DNA of 64,000 nt, from assembly GCA_004431415.1 (NCBI GenBank), contig QPMI01000176.1, positions 62,001-126,000 of the forward strand, read 5' to 3'. The notes beneath the pieces were generated by a model. That model worked only from the letters and a program-made list of their open reading frames with translations, searched no databases and was not told where the DNA came from. The stretch comes from Cyanophora paradoxa CCMP329. Lineage: Eukaryota > Plantae > Glaucophyta. Shown piece after piece: positions 43,074 through 57,550 of this stretch (positions are counted from its first letter, which is position 1; each line of letters starts with the position of its first letter). The position numbers and the translations under genes were made by a program.

Positions 43074-45611
43074 TGCATCTCGACGCGTCGCTCGGGATAT
43101 CGCTGGACTTCGACAAGCACATGGAGCCACTCTCGTTCCTGGTGCCCGAGCTCGTCCTTTCCGGATCCGGATCCCCCGCGCCAGCTGCGGGCTCGACTGC
43201 AGCTGCCGCGTCCAATTTGGGCAAGACACGCCCGCGGGCGAGGACGTTGCGGCCGGCAATGATGCCCGCCAGCCCCGGCACGCCGTACGACGCCCTCGAA
43301 CAATCGCCCGCCTTCTCCCTATCGGTGCGCACGAGCTGGAGAAATATTAATTCCCCGTCGACCCGCAATTGCCGTGCCGACTCGCCGCCCCGGGCCGCGC
43401 ACAGGGCATCGATCTCGCCGAGGAGGGCGAAGGGGAAGTCGAAGCCCAGCCAGTCCCAGCCCCGTTCGCGCAGAACGGATTCATGTATTTCGCCGTCCCC
43501 ATGTTCCTGCCCGACCACGCGGAGCCGGAGCACTCCGCCCCATCCTTCCGCTCCCGTTCCCTCCCGAACTTTGAGTCCCTTCCCGCCGAGCTCCACGAAT
43601 TGCAAACCCCCGCGAGCGCGGTCGCCCCCTGGCCGGTGGCGGCGGCCGGCAAGCGGAGGCAGGAGGGCCACGCCCCGGGCCCCTCGAAGCGCCGCGACCC
43701 AGTCCCCGTGAGTCCCCGCGCCCCGGCCCCTCACCGAGGCTCGCGCTCCGCTGACCTCCGCGCAGGCCGACGCCCCGCTGCCTGCGCTGCTGGGCGCCCC
43801 GGCCGACCGCGCTCGCCCGGGCTGGGCCCCGGCGGACCACGCCCTCGTCTTGTCCGGCTCCGTCAACTCGACGTACCTCGAGCGCATCCAGAAGCACGGT
43901 GCGAGCGCGGCGCCCTCGCCCCCAACCGCATCGCAAGCAAACAGCGGCGCTCGCCTCGCGGTCGGCAGGCGTGGAGGGCAAGTTCCTCCCCCCCTGGCTC
44001 GTCCGGCCCGTCCGCGGGGCGAGTCCCGCCGTTTCCCCCTCGGATTCGCCGCGCGGCGTCGCCGGCGGCGCCGCCGAGCATAGCGCCGGCTCGGCCCCGG
44101 CCCCGGCCCCGGCCCCGGCCCCGGTTTCGGCCCCCCTGCACCCCGCTCTCTCGCACGCCTGCAATTTCGCCACGTTCTCGAGGTGCGAGCGTCGGGGCGC
44201 GCGGGCGCCGGCGCCCCGCGTCGGTGTCGAGCGTGCAGCGCGCAGGGCCGGCGGCAAGCTCGAGACGGTGACCTTCGCGATTGCGGAGGCGTTCGGCCCC
44301 GGCGCGCCCCTCGACGCCGGCGCCCACGCCCACGCCGCCGATGCCGTCCCGCAGCCGGCCTCGCCCGCCGGCGGAGGCCGGGCGCAGGCGCCCGTCCGCT
44401 GGGCCGCCTGCAGCCCCCGCGGCCCTCCACCCCTTCGCCCCCCTCGCCATCGCCCTCGAGCCGCCCCCCTTCATCGAGCTCCTCCCCGGTCCCGCTCCGG
44501 CGCCGCCGCCGCCGGCGGGGGCGGCGCGCGCAGGCAAAGGACCGGTGGCGGTGCGGCCGGCCCCGGTGCGGCCGGTGGCGTTGCGGCCGGCGCCGGTGTA
44601 CAAGGGGGCGCTCCCCTTCGAGCTCGACGAGGGCGTCCTCCGCCGCCTCGCCGCTCAGCAGGCGCCTCAGCCGCCCCCGCGACCGCCGTCGCACCGCCTG
44701 ACTCCGCCCGCAGCGCGCCAAGCTCCAGCAGCAGGTGGCCGCCGAGAGGGCCGGCGCCGCGGCCCCGCCCCCCGGCGGCAGCGCCCCCGTGCGCCCCGCC
44801 CGCCATCCCCTTCGAAATCCGCCCCTCGCAATCGCTGATTGTGGGGTCGGGGCGGGCGCAGGCGATGCCGCCGTCGGGGTCGCGTGTGACACGGGAGGAG
44901 CTGGTGGCCAACTTCGAGCACCCGATCCAGGACGTGGCGCGCCGCCTCGGCGTCTGCGTGACCGTCCTCAAGAAGATCTGCCGCTCGCACGGGATCACGC
45001 GCTGGCCACAGCGCAAGCTCCGCTCCGTCACGCGCTGGACCGAGCAGGCGGACGTCGTCCTGCAGAACCGCGTGCCGGGCTTCGACCACGCCGCCATCGC
45101 CAGCGTCGCGGCGCGCCTCCGCGAGACCCGCTCGACCCTGTACCGCAACCCCGCCGCCTCCAGTGCGCCCCGTCCCGCCCCCGCCCCGCCGATCGCGAGC
45201 AATCCCCGTTCGACACGTGACCGGGCGGCGCAGTCCGGGACGTGACGGGGCTCATCCGGAAGCTGCTGGTGCAGCCGATCCAGCAGCGCTTGAACGAGAT
45301 GCGCGCCGCGGCGGGGGCCGGCGCGGGGCGCGACGAGCCCGACGGGGAGGGCAGCGACGCGGAGGAGGCCTCCAAGTCCGGGGGCGTCCAGATGGAGGAC
45401 ATCGCAACGTGCGCAGACGCCCCCCCGCGCCCGTCCCCCGCTCCCAGGCAGACGCCCCGGGCCCCGCCGCTCACCTCCCAGCGCCGGTAGGTACCTCCAG
45501 TCCTACCTCGCCGCCGCGACGGGCTCCGGTGCGCCGGCCCCGGTGCCGGCGCCGGCCGCCGACTGCACGGCGCCCGATGCCGGCCCCGGCCCCGCCGGCC
45601 TCCACGCCTAG
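43074..45611 (+). CDS. RWP-RK domain transcription factor, multi-exon (ends approximate)
   Basis: VTREELVANFEHPIQDVARRLGVCVTVLKKICRSHGITRWPQRKLRSV at ~44886-45029. Confidence 0.88.
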
Positions 45612-46887
45612 GAGCTGGCCATGGGCATCCTGCATCGCGGGCGGCGGGGTGCACGCTTGCTTCCGCCCCATCCCCCCCCCAGCTGCAGGGGGCGTTTCCC
45701 CCCTGCGCCTTCTGAGCCGGCCTCGCACCCCGGCACGAACGCACTACATATCCCAATCCAGGTTCAATTCTACATGCATCGGGCAAGTTCGAATTTCGAG
45801 GTTGACATCCGAGCTGAGCCCGTTTATTGCGTGCGGTTCACGCTCTTGTACATTTTCCGTCGACTTTTAATTTTTCGAGCTTCGTTTCACATATACAAGT
45901 TGGCCTAGAGACCACGATCGATTGATATTTACAGATTGCAGCATTAATATTCCTTGTCTATACGGACCGGATCTATTAGTGAGTCATGTACATTCGAATT
46001 CGTCTTTCGGACTGTGGATATGCTTTTCAATTCGGATTCATTATTCTAGATTAGACTGTACGCATATATTCTAGCGCTTGTACGGCGCAATTAGAGATAT
46101 ATAGAGTACGTGTAGCTATATAGGTATAGCACCGTACCGCATTTCATTATTGGTTCGAAAATCCCGCAATCAGGTACCGTGTACGTACCAAAGCGGCGCG
46201 CTACAGCTCTTGCTAGCCGCTGAGCCGGACAGGGCGAGGCTGGCTTGTTTTATTACAGATAGACGTGGCACGAACGCCGTATCATGATCATGATCACAGA
46301 CTCCAGCTGTGCACGTGATGTTCACGGTTATGCAATTAGAGCACTAGTACTCGATTTCAGAATATCCTTCGATCATTGAATTGATTAGATTGTTCCATCG
46401 TACACGTTGACTCAGTGACTTGCCGATGATCATATTTATATATCATAGTATGAACATTGAGTTTCAGGAGGCCGAATTTCACACTTTCCGACGCCGTGAC
46501 GCCTAAGAGAGACCAGCGCTAGCACTGGTGCTAGCTATAGCTGCACTGCAGTACCGTAGCTATAGTACCTGCAGATTGACTCAGTGACTCAGTAATAATC
46601 TGCAGTTGTAGAACGCATTGGTGTTTCCTTAGTTGTCGCAGTACTAGTGACGTACGTCGAGTGATGGTCCCATGATCAGTGCCAGATCGCGATCGTTTCA
46701 TAACGAGCCCTAGTAGGCCATACCTACGTATACAGGTACAGGCCCAGGCTAGTAGACTAGACTTTGAGGCCCTGAGCTCGAGGAAATTCAAAATCGGCAA
46801 TGTTTAATATATAATTGTATCATGGCGCTTGGGGGGGGGGGGGGGGGGGGGGGGTACGGGGCTGGGAGGGGAATCGAGGGCCAGGGC

Positions 46888-47100
46888 TCAATGCCCGTGC
46901 GCATGGCCGAGGGCGTGGCCATGGGTCCCGTGCCCGTGCCCCGCGGCGGGGCGGCCGGCGGCGGCGGCCTTGACGGCGGCGGCGGCGCGACGGGCCCAGT
47001 TGAGCCACCAGCCGCGCAGCACCGCCTCGATGTCCCCGATCTGCCGGCCCCGGGGATCGATATCGAGGGGGCGCTCAGCCCTCTCCGAGGCCGGGCCCCT

Positions 47101-47135
<35 letters not shown>

Positions 47136-49532
47136 CGGGGCGGGGCGGGCGGGCGGGGACGGGGCGCGGGGCGCGCACGAGGCGGAGGGGCTCGCTGGGC
47201 GGCGCCCGCCGCTCCACCGTCCGCTTGCCGTGCAGCCGCGCCAGGTGCTCCGCGGGGGCGGAGAGCTGCCGCGCCGCCTCACGCGGGGCCGGCGGGGCGG
47301 GGCGCGGGGGCGCGGGGCGGGGGCGGGGGCGGGACCAGGCGGCCGAACTTGGCCTGCTTGTCCTCCTCGAACCAGGCCTCCACCTGCACGCCGTCCGGGA
47401 ACGTGTACTTCCCCAGCCCGTGCCTGCGCCCCGGCCCCGGCCCCGGCCCCGCCTCAGAGAGGGGCGCGCGAGGGGCGGGGCCCGCGCACCGCTTGTCGTT
47501 CCACCACGGCCCCTCGTAGACCGACCCGTCCACGTTGGCGTACCTCCCCCGCCCGTGCCTGCCCTCGCCCGCCGCGTCGGGCGCGGCGCGGCGGGGCGGG
47601 TTGGGGTGGAGGCACCGCCGGTTGTTCGCGAAATCGCCCTCGTAGCTGTCCCCGAAAGCCCCCCGCCAGACCCCGCGCCCGTGCAGCAGGCCCTGCGCGC
47701 CGCCCCGCCTCAGGGTGCACGGGGCGTGCGGGCGGGGTGGGGTGCGGGGCGGGGGGGTACCCTGTGCCAGGCGCCCTCGTACGAGTTGCCCTCGATGTCC
47801 GTGTAGACTCCGCGCCCGTGCCGCTCGTCCTGCCCGGCCGGCCGGCCGGGCGGGCGGGCGGGTCGGCGGAGGCGGCGCCGGGCGGGGCGGGGCGGGGCGG
47901 GGCTGGCGGCGCGCACCTCGTCCCAGTCCCCCACGTAGACGTAGAAGTTCCTGCTGATCTGCCCCGCCCCGCCCGCCCCGCCTCGGCCCCCGCCCCTGCC
48001 CCGGCCCTGCGCCGGGCGCGCGCGCTCGGGGGCGGGGGCGGCGGGCGGACCTCCATCTGCGACTTCTTGGCGCCGAAGGCGTACCGCTTCCTCGCGTGCC
48101 GCACCACCAGCGACTCCTGCGCCCCGGCCCCGCCCCCGCTCGCACCGGGCCGCGGCCGGCGGGGAGCCCGGCGGGGCGGGGCGGGGAGGGGCGCACAGGG
48201 CTGTAGTCGTTGGCGAGGGGCCCCGAGAACTCCCCGCTGAAGTTGCCCCAGCGCAGCACTCCGTGCCCGTGCTTCTTTCCTGCGCCCCGCCTTCTGCGAG
48301 GACCCCGCGCGGGGAGGGAAGGGGCCGCGCGCGCCGTCCTTCCACATCCCCTCGTACTCGCCGCCGCCGCAGGATCCGTCGCTCTTGGCCGCGAACGAGT
48401 GGTACTTCTTGCAGTGCTCGTCCTCGCTGCAGGGCGAAGGCCGCAGGTGAGCGCTGCGGCGGGGCGGGGCGGGCCTCGGAGGGGCGCGGCGAGTGCGCAC
48501 TTGCCGACGGCGGCGTCGCCGTAGACGAAGCGCCCGCGGCCGTTCTGCGTCCCCTCCCGCCACTCGCCCACGTAGCTGCTGTACCCGTCCCCGTAGTAGA
48601 GCGAGCCCCGGCCTGCGCAAGGGCCCCCGGCCGGCCCCGCCTCGGCGGGGGCCCCGCGCCCGGCGGAGCGAGCAGCGCCGCGCACCGTGCTTCTTGCCCT
48701 CCCGCCACTCGCCGACGTACCTGTCCCCGCCGTCGTACGCGAACTCTCCCCTTCTGCGCGCTCCGCCGTCGCCCCCAGGCCGGGGCGGGGCGGCCGGGGG
48801 AGGGGCCGGGGCGGACCCCTGCATGAGGAGCTCGGGGTTGAAGTCGCCCCAGTACTTGATGACGTGCCGCGCCCGCCCCTCGTCCACCCACCACGAGTCC
48901 GCCTTCGGCGCACCCTCTGCCGCCCCGTCAGCGCGCCCGCGCCCCGCCCGCCCGGTCACCCGGCGCACTCTTCTTCACGGGCTTGGCGTTGAACATGGAG
49001 CGCCGGCGGTGGCCGTGCGGCGCGGGGGCGGCGGAGGCCGGCCGCGAGGCGCCCGCGGGGTCGGCCGGGAGGGGGCGAGGAGGCCGGCGGAGGCGGGGCG
49101 GGCGGGCCGGCGCCGGGGGCGGCTGGGGGCGAGCAGGCGCGGGTTCGGGGCGAGGGGGGCCGGGTCGGAGTACACGGACGGGTCGCCGAGGTGCCGCGCG
49201 TGGGCGGCGGCGTACGCGTCGGCCACGGAGGGGCGGCGGGCGGAGGGGTCGGCGGAGGCGGCGCGCGGGGCGGAGGTCGAGGGCGCGGGGGAGAAGGTCA
49301 TCGTCGGGGGCGGCGGCCTCGGCGTGAGGCGCTCCGCCGCGCTTCCGGCGCCATGCAGAGGCGGCGCGCCTGTGCCCTCGGCGCTGGCGAGGCGCAGGCG
49401 CATGGAGGGCGACCCGGGGAGGCGCGCGATGGGGTTTCGGCGGGGCGTCTTCGGCGGAGTCGGCGCCATCACTCCCGAGAGCCTGCGCCTGGCCGCATTG
49501 AGCGCGGCCAGGTACGCCTCCGATTCGACCAT
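46888..49532 (-). CDS. MORN-repeat protein, multi-exon
   Basis: Many YxGxW..G.xHGxG repeats (YVGEWREGKKHG, YEGAWHR, YEGDFANN, YEGPWWNDKR, HGLGKYTFPDG). A 29-bp duplication (49496-49524, 49530-49558) spans the putative start. Confidence 0.88.
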
Positions 49533-49888
49533 TGAGCGCGGCCAGGTACGCCTCCGATGCGCCCGGGGCTCGCTGCGAGCCCGGGCAGGCGAGCAGAGGC
49601 GCGGGGTGCTTTCAAGCCGACACTACGAGTTTTTAGCTTTGACAGGGACCCACTCCACAGCCCACGGGGCTTGCAGCTAACGGCGCGGTCCGATGAGCTG
49701 GCCGCGTGGCTAGCTATAGCGCTAGAGAGCCAGAGAGTTGAAAGAGAGAAGAGAGTTGAAAGAGAGCTAGGACGGGCTGAGTCAAAAGGGCCAGCGATGT
49801 TTCAGGGGTAGCGCTTGGGATCGGTATACCCCCCTTCACCAGCTAAAACAAGTTAAGCCCACAGCCCACAGCAAGCAGACCAGGCACC

Positions 49889-52800
49889 ATGCCGGCGGCC
49901 GGCCGGACGAGTCCGCTCCGGCACAGCGCCGACGCCAGCATGCTATCTAGCCAGCGCAGCTCGGCGAGTAACAAGTCCAATGTTCCAAAGATGCCTCTTA
50001 CAGGTCCAGCGCTTCTCTCGATGCATCTGGGCGCATCAAAATTGACGTTGCCCGCCCAGACGTTGCCTGGGAAAACTGGACCAAGCGGAGTCCGCCTCCG
50101 CTCACGGCCCGCTCAGTGGCAGCCCTGAAGCGGGAGGGCGTCGAGGCGGGAGAGCTCATATACAGGTATGCAAGCTAGCTTCGCTCGGAGGATCGCTAGC
50201 TAGAGCGCAGCTAAGCTTGCGGACGATCAGCTTGCGAGCTAATTCGGCCGCCTCCCGCAGACCCATGGAGTTCTTTTCTGGTGCTCCCGGGATGGCACCT
50301 GAGCACGTGCATCGCATCTACGAGTACCACGAGGCCAAGCGGCGAGGTGCGGCGCTCCCACGCCGGCTGGGCTGACCCGCTGCGGCCGCGGGGCTGACCC
50401 GCTGCGGCCGCAGAGCTGCTGGAGCAGGTGATGAGGACGCGGGACAGGCTCGTGGAGTCCGAGGAGGACGGCGGGAGGCCTGGGCCGCACGAGGGCTCGC
50501 GCACGGTCGCCGAGAGCCAGACGAGCGTGAGCAAGGCGCGCACGGGGAGCGTCTTCAGCATGGCGCAGTCGGTGGAGCACATCAGCAGCGTCGAGAAGGA
50601 GGAGCAGAAGGTCGCCGAGCAGCGCCGCAGGCAGCAGCAGTACGTCGAGCAGGTGCCGGCCCCGCCTTGGAGCCCCGCCCGCTCTGAGCTCTCGCGCGCG
50701 GCCGCCGTTCCTTTTCCGACCGCCCCGCAGATGCTCCTCTACGAGATCCGCATGCAGCAGATGCAGGCGGAGATGCTCGACAAGGTGCGGGGAGGAGGCG
50801 GGGGCGCCCCGCCCCCCAGCGCGCCGAGCGGGGCCCCGGCGCACACGCGCAGATCGAGGCGGAGCGGCGCCGGGACGAGGAGAGGCGGCAGGCCGAGATG
50901 GAGGAGCAGCGGCGGCTGACCGAGCAGCGCGTGCGCCCCGCCGGGCCCGCCCCCTCCCCCGCCCCCGGCGGCCGAGCGCCGCCCGCCGTGCCGCGCAGCG
51001 GAGGGAGGAGCTCGAGCGGGACCAGAAGTTCAAGGAGCAGATGGCGCAGAAGAAGGCCCTGGTGCGCGTGCCGCTGAGGCGGGGGCGGGGGCGGGGCGGG
51101 GGCGGGGGCCGAGGGGGCGGGGGCCGAGGGGGCGGGGCGGGCAGGCGGTGGAGATGTTCGAGGAGGAGCGGCGGCGGCTGGCGGCGGAGGCGGAGGCGGA
51201 GAAGCGGCGCCGCAGGGAGGCCCTCCAGCTCCAGAAGGAGCGCCAGCAGAAGCAGGAGGAGGTGCCCCCGCCCCCGCCCCCGCCCCGCGCCCCGCGCCCC
51301 GCGCCCCGCGCCGACGCGGGGCGCGGGGCAGTTCCGGGCGGGGATAGAGGGGAAGTTCGAGGAGCAGCGAGCGCGCGTCCAGGCCATGCACCACCGCCTC
51401 CAGCACAAGGACGCCGTGCGCCCCGCCCCGCCCCGCCCCGCCCCGCGCCGCAGCCCTCTGAGCGGCCCCCGCTCGCGCAGCTGCGGCGGCAGGCGGTGGC
51501 GGAGCAGCGGGCGCAGGCGGCGGCGGAGGCGGCGGAGCGGCAGCGGCGGAAGATGGAGCGGGTGCGGGCGGCGCGGGAGCAGCTCGAGTCGATCCACGCA
51601 GAGCGCAAGCGCCGCTTCGACGAGCGCGAGGCCAAGGAGAACGGCCAGGCGCGCCCGCCCCGCCCGCCGCGCCCCTCGCCCGGGTGCTGAGCGGGGCGGC
51701 AGATGGCGCGGTTCGAGGCGTCGCAGGCGCAGTGGCGGCAGGAGGCGCGCAAGCGGGCGGAGGAGCGCTCGCGCGAGATCGCCGACGCCATGGCCCGCAA
51801 CGAGGAGTTCCTCGAGCGCCGCCGCCAGGCCCGCCCGCCCGCCCCGCCCGCTCGCCGGCCCCCGGAGGGCGCGGGCCGAGCGGGGCGGGGCGGGGGCAGA
51901 CGATCCTGGACAAGGAGGCGCAGGCGATGGAGGCGATGGCGCGGGCGAACGCGGAGCGGCGCAGCGAGCTGGACCGGCAGATGGTGGAGCGGCAGCTCAA
52001 GCTCGCCGACCGCCTCTACAACGTCGAGCGGCGGCGCCGGCAGGACGAGTTCCGCAAGGAGCAGATCCTCGAGAAGATCGAGTACGGCGCCTGGCGGACG
52101 TCGACGATGAACTCGCAGAAGGCCGCCCTCGAGGAGCTCCGCCGCAGGAACCGGTGCCCCCGCCCCCGCGCGCGAGGCGGACCGGTGCCCCGCCCCGCCC
52201 GCTCACGCGGCGGGGCGCGCGGGGCAGGGACGGCGCGGCGATGATGAAGGAGGCCATCGGCGAGTCCATGCACCAGGTCCCCGCTCCGCCGGCCCTCCTC
52301 GCGCCTGGGCGAGGCCCCGCGCCTGAGCCCCCGGGCGCAGATGAAGATCACGAAGCGGTTCGAGCTGCCGGCGGTCTTCAAGGAGGGCGGCATCTCGAGC
52401 CCCGAGCTCAAGGCGCTGCTGGACGAGCGCGACCGCTCCAAGGCCGGCTCCACGCACCGCTCCGCCTCGCAGTCCCAGGCGGGGGCCTCCCCCTCCAAGT
52501 CCCTCGACCCCGACCGCTCCCTCTCCCCCATCCAGGACGCCGGCGAGGAGGCCGCCTTCGGGCCCGGCGCCGAGCAGCCGTCCCTTGACGACTCGGCGTA
52601 CTCGGGCGCCGGCATGGCGGCCTCGGCCTCCACCGGCGCCCTCCCGCCCCAACAGCACCGCGACGGCGCCGGCGCCGGGGGCGGCATGCGGCGGAGCCAG
52701 TCGGAGGTCCCCCGGAGGCAGCAGCAGCAGCAGCAGGGGGCCGGGGGGCGGCTGGTGGCGCCGCCGCCGGTGCGCGTGGCGGTCGACCGGAGGCCGTACA

Positions 52801-55228
52801 CCGACTCGCCCCTGGGGCCCGTGCCGGCCACCTCGGGCGCCCCGGGCTACTCGGGCGCCATCTCCTACGCCGCCTACGGCGCCTACGGGGCCGAGGGCGG
52901 GCCCTCCGCGACGCCCTTCCAGCCGGCGGCCGGCTCGCAGAACATGGGGAAGACGTGGTCGATCTACAGCTGGCCGCGGCAGCAGATCGAGCAGATGAAG
53001 CGGCGGGCGAAGGAGGAGAAGGCCCGCTCGAAGCGGGCGGCGCAGGGGCGCAAGAAGAGGCAGCACGCGGGCGACCTCGAGAACGACAACACGTACTTCA
53101 TCGAGCCGCCGCTGGACGAGGAGAGCGGGGGCGAGGGGAGCGGGGGCGAGGGGGAGGTGGAGGGGGGCGGGGCGGTGATCATGGACGCGCTGACGCACCG
53201 GCGGCGGGCGGCGGCGGAGGAGGAGCGGCGGCAGCGGGACGAGGAGGAGCGGCGCTACCGGGAGGCCACCGTGCGGCCCCCCCGCGCGCGCGCCTCGGCC
53301 GCCGCCTGCCGCGCGCGGCCCGCTGAGGGGCGGGGCAGGCGTACCTGGACGAGCAGGAGGCGGCCCTCCAGCGCGAGCTCGTCGAGGCCGAGGCCGAGGC
53401 GCGTCCGGGGGCCCCTCGCCTCTCCCCTGCCCGCGGCTCACGCGCCGCAGGCGGAGGAGCAGGCGGCGGTGGTCGCCGAGCTCCGCGCGCAGGCCGCCCA
53501 GGCCCAGGCCGAGGCCGGCGGCAACGGCCTCCTCCGCGGCTTCGGGCCCTACGAGGTGCGGCCCCCGCGCCCCGCGCCCCCGCCCGGCCGGGGCCCGCAG
53601 GGCCGAGCGGGGCGCAGGGCGAGGAGGACGCCTCGCCGGGCCCCTCCCCTACCGCGGCGGCGGCGGCGGCGGCCTCGGGCTCGGCCTCGGCCTCGGGCGC
53701 CGGGGCGGGGTCGGCGGGGGCGGGCGCGGGCGGCGCGAAGAAGAAGGGCGCGCCGGCGCCGGTGAAGGCGCCGGCGGGGGTCCCGCCGCTGGCGGGGGCG
53801 AAGGGCAAGCACGGCGGGCTCTCGCCGGGGTACGAGGAGCAGAGCACGCCGTCGTCGGTGCTGCCGCAGGACGACGAGTACGAGGCTGTGCCCTTTGAGG
53901 CCTTCGAGTCCGACCAGGACTACACCCGCTGGTGCGAGCGACCGACCGGCCGCCCCGGGGGCCCTGCTGAGGGCGCCCCCCGGGCGGCAGGTCCCGTGAG
54001 TCAGCGCAGGGCCGCGCCGCCGGCCTCGTCGGCACCGAGCCGCCCCCGACCCCCCCCGCTCCCAGAACCCCCTGGTCCCCCCCCCCCCCCCCCGCGCCGC
54101 GCGCCGCGCCCGGTCCGACGCGCTCGGCGCAGCACGGGCACGTGCACATCACGCCGATCCCCTCCGTGGTCTCCCCCACGGGGGCCCCCGTCGGCCGGGC
54201 GGCGCCGCTCGCGCTGGTGCACGCGGACCGCCCGCACGCGGCGAAGAAGCGGAGCCCCGCCAAGGTCCCCCGCCCCGCCCATCCGCCCGGCCCCGCCCGC
54301 GCGCGCCGACGAGACGCAGCGGGCGGCGAGCTTCACGTCGGCGGGGTCGCACGACGAGGGCGCGGGGACGCACAAATCCTGGAAGGAGTCCTCTAAGAAG
54401 AAGCTCCTCGACATCGTGCGCGGGCGGCGCCCCGCCCATTGCGCTCTCCTCGGCGCCGCTGAGGGGCGGGGGCGGGGCAGGCGGAGGACGGGGAGGAGGC
54501 GGGGCACGGGGGCCCCTCGGAGGGCGGGGCGCAAGGGGGCGAGGAGGACCCCTTCCGCCCCAAGTCGGCCCCCGGTGCGCCCCGCCGGCCTGGCCCGCGC
54601 CGCCGGGGCTCACGCGGGGCGCGCAGGCAAGTTCTTCGAGGCGTCGCTGGCGCCCAAGCCGCCGCAGCTGGCGCGGCGCTCGGCGAAGCGGGGGCAGGAC
54701 GCCGAGCTCGGCGACGCCCGCGTCCGCGACAGCGTCTTCGCCGGCGGGCCCGCCGCCCCGCCCGCTCCCGCCCCGCCTCCGTCGACGAGACCAAGGGCGG
54801 TGCGCGCGCCCCGGGGCCGGCGCGGGGGCGGGCGGCGGCCGACGCGGCGCAGGGCGGCGCTCGCTCGAGGCGCTGGCGGAGGGCCTCGAGCCGTCCTCGC
54901 GCAAGCCCAGCGCCCGCGAGCGCGGGGCGGAGCCCGAGGCGGATGCGGAGGCGGGGGCGGGGTGGGCGGGGCGGACGAGTACGCGGACGAGGGCTTCGAG
55001 GCGGCGGAGGCGCACGCCGAGGAGGCCGCGGCGGCGGCCGAGCAGCAGCACCCGTCCTCCGCCACCGCCCTCCCCTCCACGGCCCGCGCCGCCGCCGCCG
55101 CCACGGAGGCCGCCGAGGTGCCCCGCCCCGGCGCAGGCCCCGGCGGATCCGGCGCCCTCTGACCGCGGGGCGCGCAGGCGGCGGTGGTGGAGGCGGCCCG
55201 GCTGGCGGCCGAGGAGGGCATCGCGTAG
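49889..55228 (+). CDS. Large coiled-coil protein, CCDC177/DUF4659-like N-terminus, many introns
   Basis: N-terminal RSVAALKREGVEAGEL..F..HRIYEYHEAKRRELLEQVMRTRDRL resembles the CCDC177 family (tentative); long E/R/Q-rich exons; stop at 55226-55228. Confidence 0.65.
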
Positions 55229-55633
55229 AGGGGCCGGCGCCCCAGGTGGGGCCGGCGACGGCGCGGGCCACCTGTGTTTAGACTGGAGAGTGTACATGCT
55301 AGTTAGAAGAGGCTAGGCAGCGCAGGAAATCGCGACTTTCATTTACTGCATTGATCCGATGGTCGACAAGCTCGCGTGCGGTGCCGGGCCTGTGCATGCG
55401 GTGCCGGGCCGCTGCGACGGTCGACGTCGACATCTGCTCGCAATTTTGCAACATGCGCAGTGCAGCAGTGCCGCCGGCCAAAGTCAGCTGCGGAGCCTCG
55501 AAGCTGAGGGAGCCCCAGGGAGGGTACGCGACTCAACCCGTCGCCCACTTGTGTCTTTCTGCTGCCGCCGGGCCTTCCCGCTGCTCGAAGTAGTGCCCTG
55601 AAGCTGCGGTCACCCTCAGGAGAGCTCTTGGCC

Positions 55634-57550
55634 ATGTCAGGTGCCAGATCCAAATCTCAATCGCGCCCGCAGTGGCTGAGTTTCGGCGGGCTCACCGCAG
55701 GGAGCTCATCCTCTCCAACGCCGCCTCTAGAGGCGCCTTCGGACAGTGCGCCGCGGGCTCTGCGCGCCGCGGCTACCCCGGGCGAGTCCGTTAGTAAACT
55801 GGTCCGCGCAGGCGATGCCTCCGTAAGCGGCGGCCGCGGGTTTCTGAACTACGGACCTGGCGAGGCTGGGGGACTCGCGAGCGTCGTCGCACAACACTCG
55901 ACCCCACCACGCATCAACCTGCCGCTGCACCGCCTGAAGGACTTCCAGGAGAACTCGACGCCCGCGGGCAGTAGTAGTTATCGCTCAGGTACGATCGGCG
56001 AGGTCGGAGCGCACGCCCACCGCGATCCTGTCCGACGAGCGCCGTGCCGCAGCCCGCTCGGCGCGCTCGGCACGCTCGGCCGCCTCGGCGCGCTCCCGAT
56101 CGGCGCGCTCCGGGTCGCCCATTGTTCACGCGGACGATATCCTCGCGGGGCGGCCCTCGACCTCCGCCTTCTCGTTCACGCGCGGTGCGGCCAGCCCCGA
56201 GCCCGGAAGCGCCTGCTTGCACGCCCCGCTACCTCTCCCCCCGCGACTGTAACCACGGGCGACCCGCGCAGCCACTCGGGACGATGGCGGGCTGCCCATT
56301 CCCGGCCCCGCGGGTGAGCCCCGCCGGCGCCCGCACACGGAGTGCCCCCGCTCGCCCCTGCGCGCTGACGCCGCCCGGCAGACTACATCATCGAAGAGAG
56401 CCTCCCGAACGTGCGGCGCCGACGCTGGCGCTCCCTACCTTGCGCGCCCCGGGGCTCACGCTTCGCCCCGCCCGGCGCAGTCCTCGCGCATGCCCTCGGC
56501 GCCGCGCGCGACGATCGGGCGCTCCCCGCGCACCCCGCGCCCCGACACCGCGGACGGCCCCGGGGTGCGCGCGCCTCTCTGCAGGGGCCCGTCCCCCCGC
56601 AGCGCCTCACGCGCACCCCGCCGCCGGCAGCCGGCCGACTACCCCTACGAGGGCTCCGTCGTGCGCCCGCGCCCCGCCCCTCCCCCGCCGCGCCCGTTCC
56701 TGTACCCCTCACCGTCCCCTGTCGCCCACGCAGAGCTCGAGGACGCTGCAGGCGCCGCGGGCGACCATCGGGCGCTCCCCGAGGACCGTGGAGCCCGAGC
56801 ACTCCCCCGGGGTACGCCGATCCCCCTCCCCTCGGCCGGGCGCGCCCCCGACGCGGCCCGGCAGCCGGCGGACTACACCCCGCCGATCCCGGCCCCCGTG
56901 GGCCGCTCCTCGCCCGTCTCGGCGGTCCCGTTCGGGGGCACGGGGCTGGGCTTTCGTACCGCGGCGCCGGGGACGCCCGGGTGCATCCCGGTGATCCCGA
57001 CGTACATCCCGTACTCGGAGGGGGCGGCGCGGCCGCCGTACCTCGGCGCCGGGCGCTTCGGGGAGCGGCACGTGGCGGCCCACGAGCACAACGCGCCCAA
57101 GGCGACCATCGGGCGCGCCGCGCGCTTCGCCGAGGGGGCCCACGCCGCCCGCGTGCCCCGCATCCCGGGCTCGACGGACTACTCGCCGCGCGACTCGCTC
57201 TCCTCCCGCAGCCGCTCCGCCCCGCGCGCGACCTTCGGCACCGCCTCGCGCTTCGGGGAGGCCCCGCCCGACCTCTGGCGCCCCGGCAGCAGCACCGGCG
57301 GCGCCGGCGGCGGCAACGGGAGCTGGCGGGGACCCTCCTCGCAGCGCAGCGCCTCGCACGGCGTGGGGGGCGGCGGGGGCGCCGGCCTCCTCGCCCCGCC
57401 CCTCCCGGGCGCCTCGCCCTCGCCGCGGCGGCTCCAGGGGATGGCCCCGCACGCCCCAGCGTGCCGCGCTCCGAGCCGCGCCGCGCCGCCCCGCCCCTCG
57501 GCACCCCCGAGGCCGTCCGGGCCGAGGCGCGCGTCCCCGGCACGTGCTAG
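55634..57550 (+). CDS. SHIPPO/ODF3-like repeat protein (putative axonemal); end uncertain
   Basis: Recurring APRATIGRSPR, APKATIGRAARF, PGSTDYSP and SAPRATFGTASRF units. Confidence 0.5.
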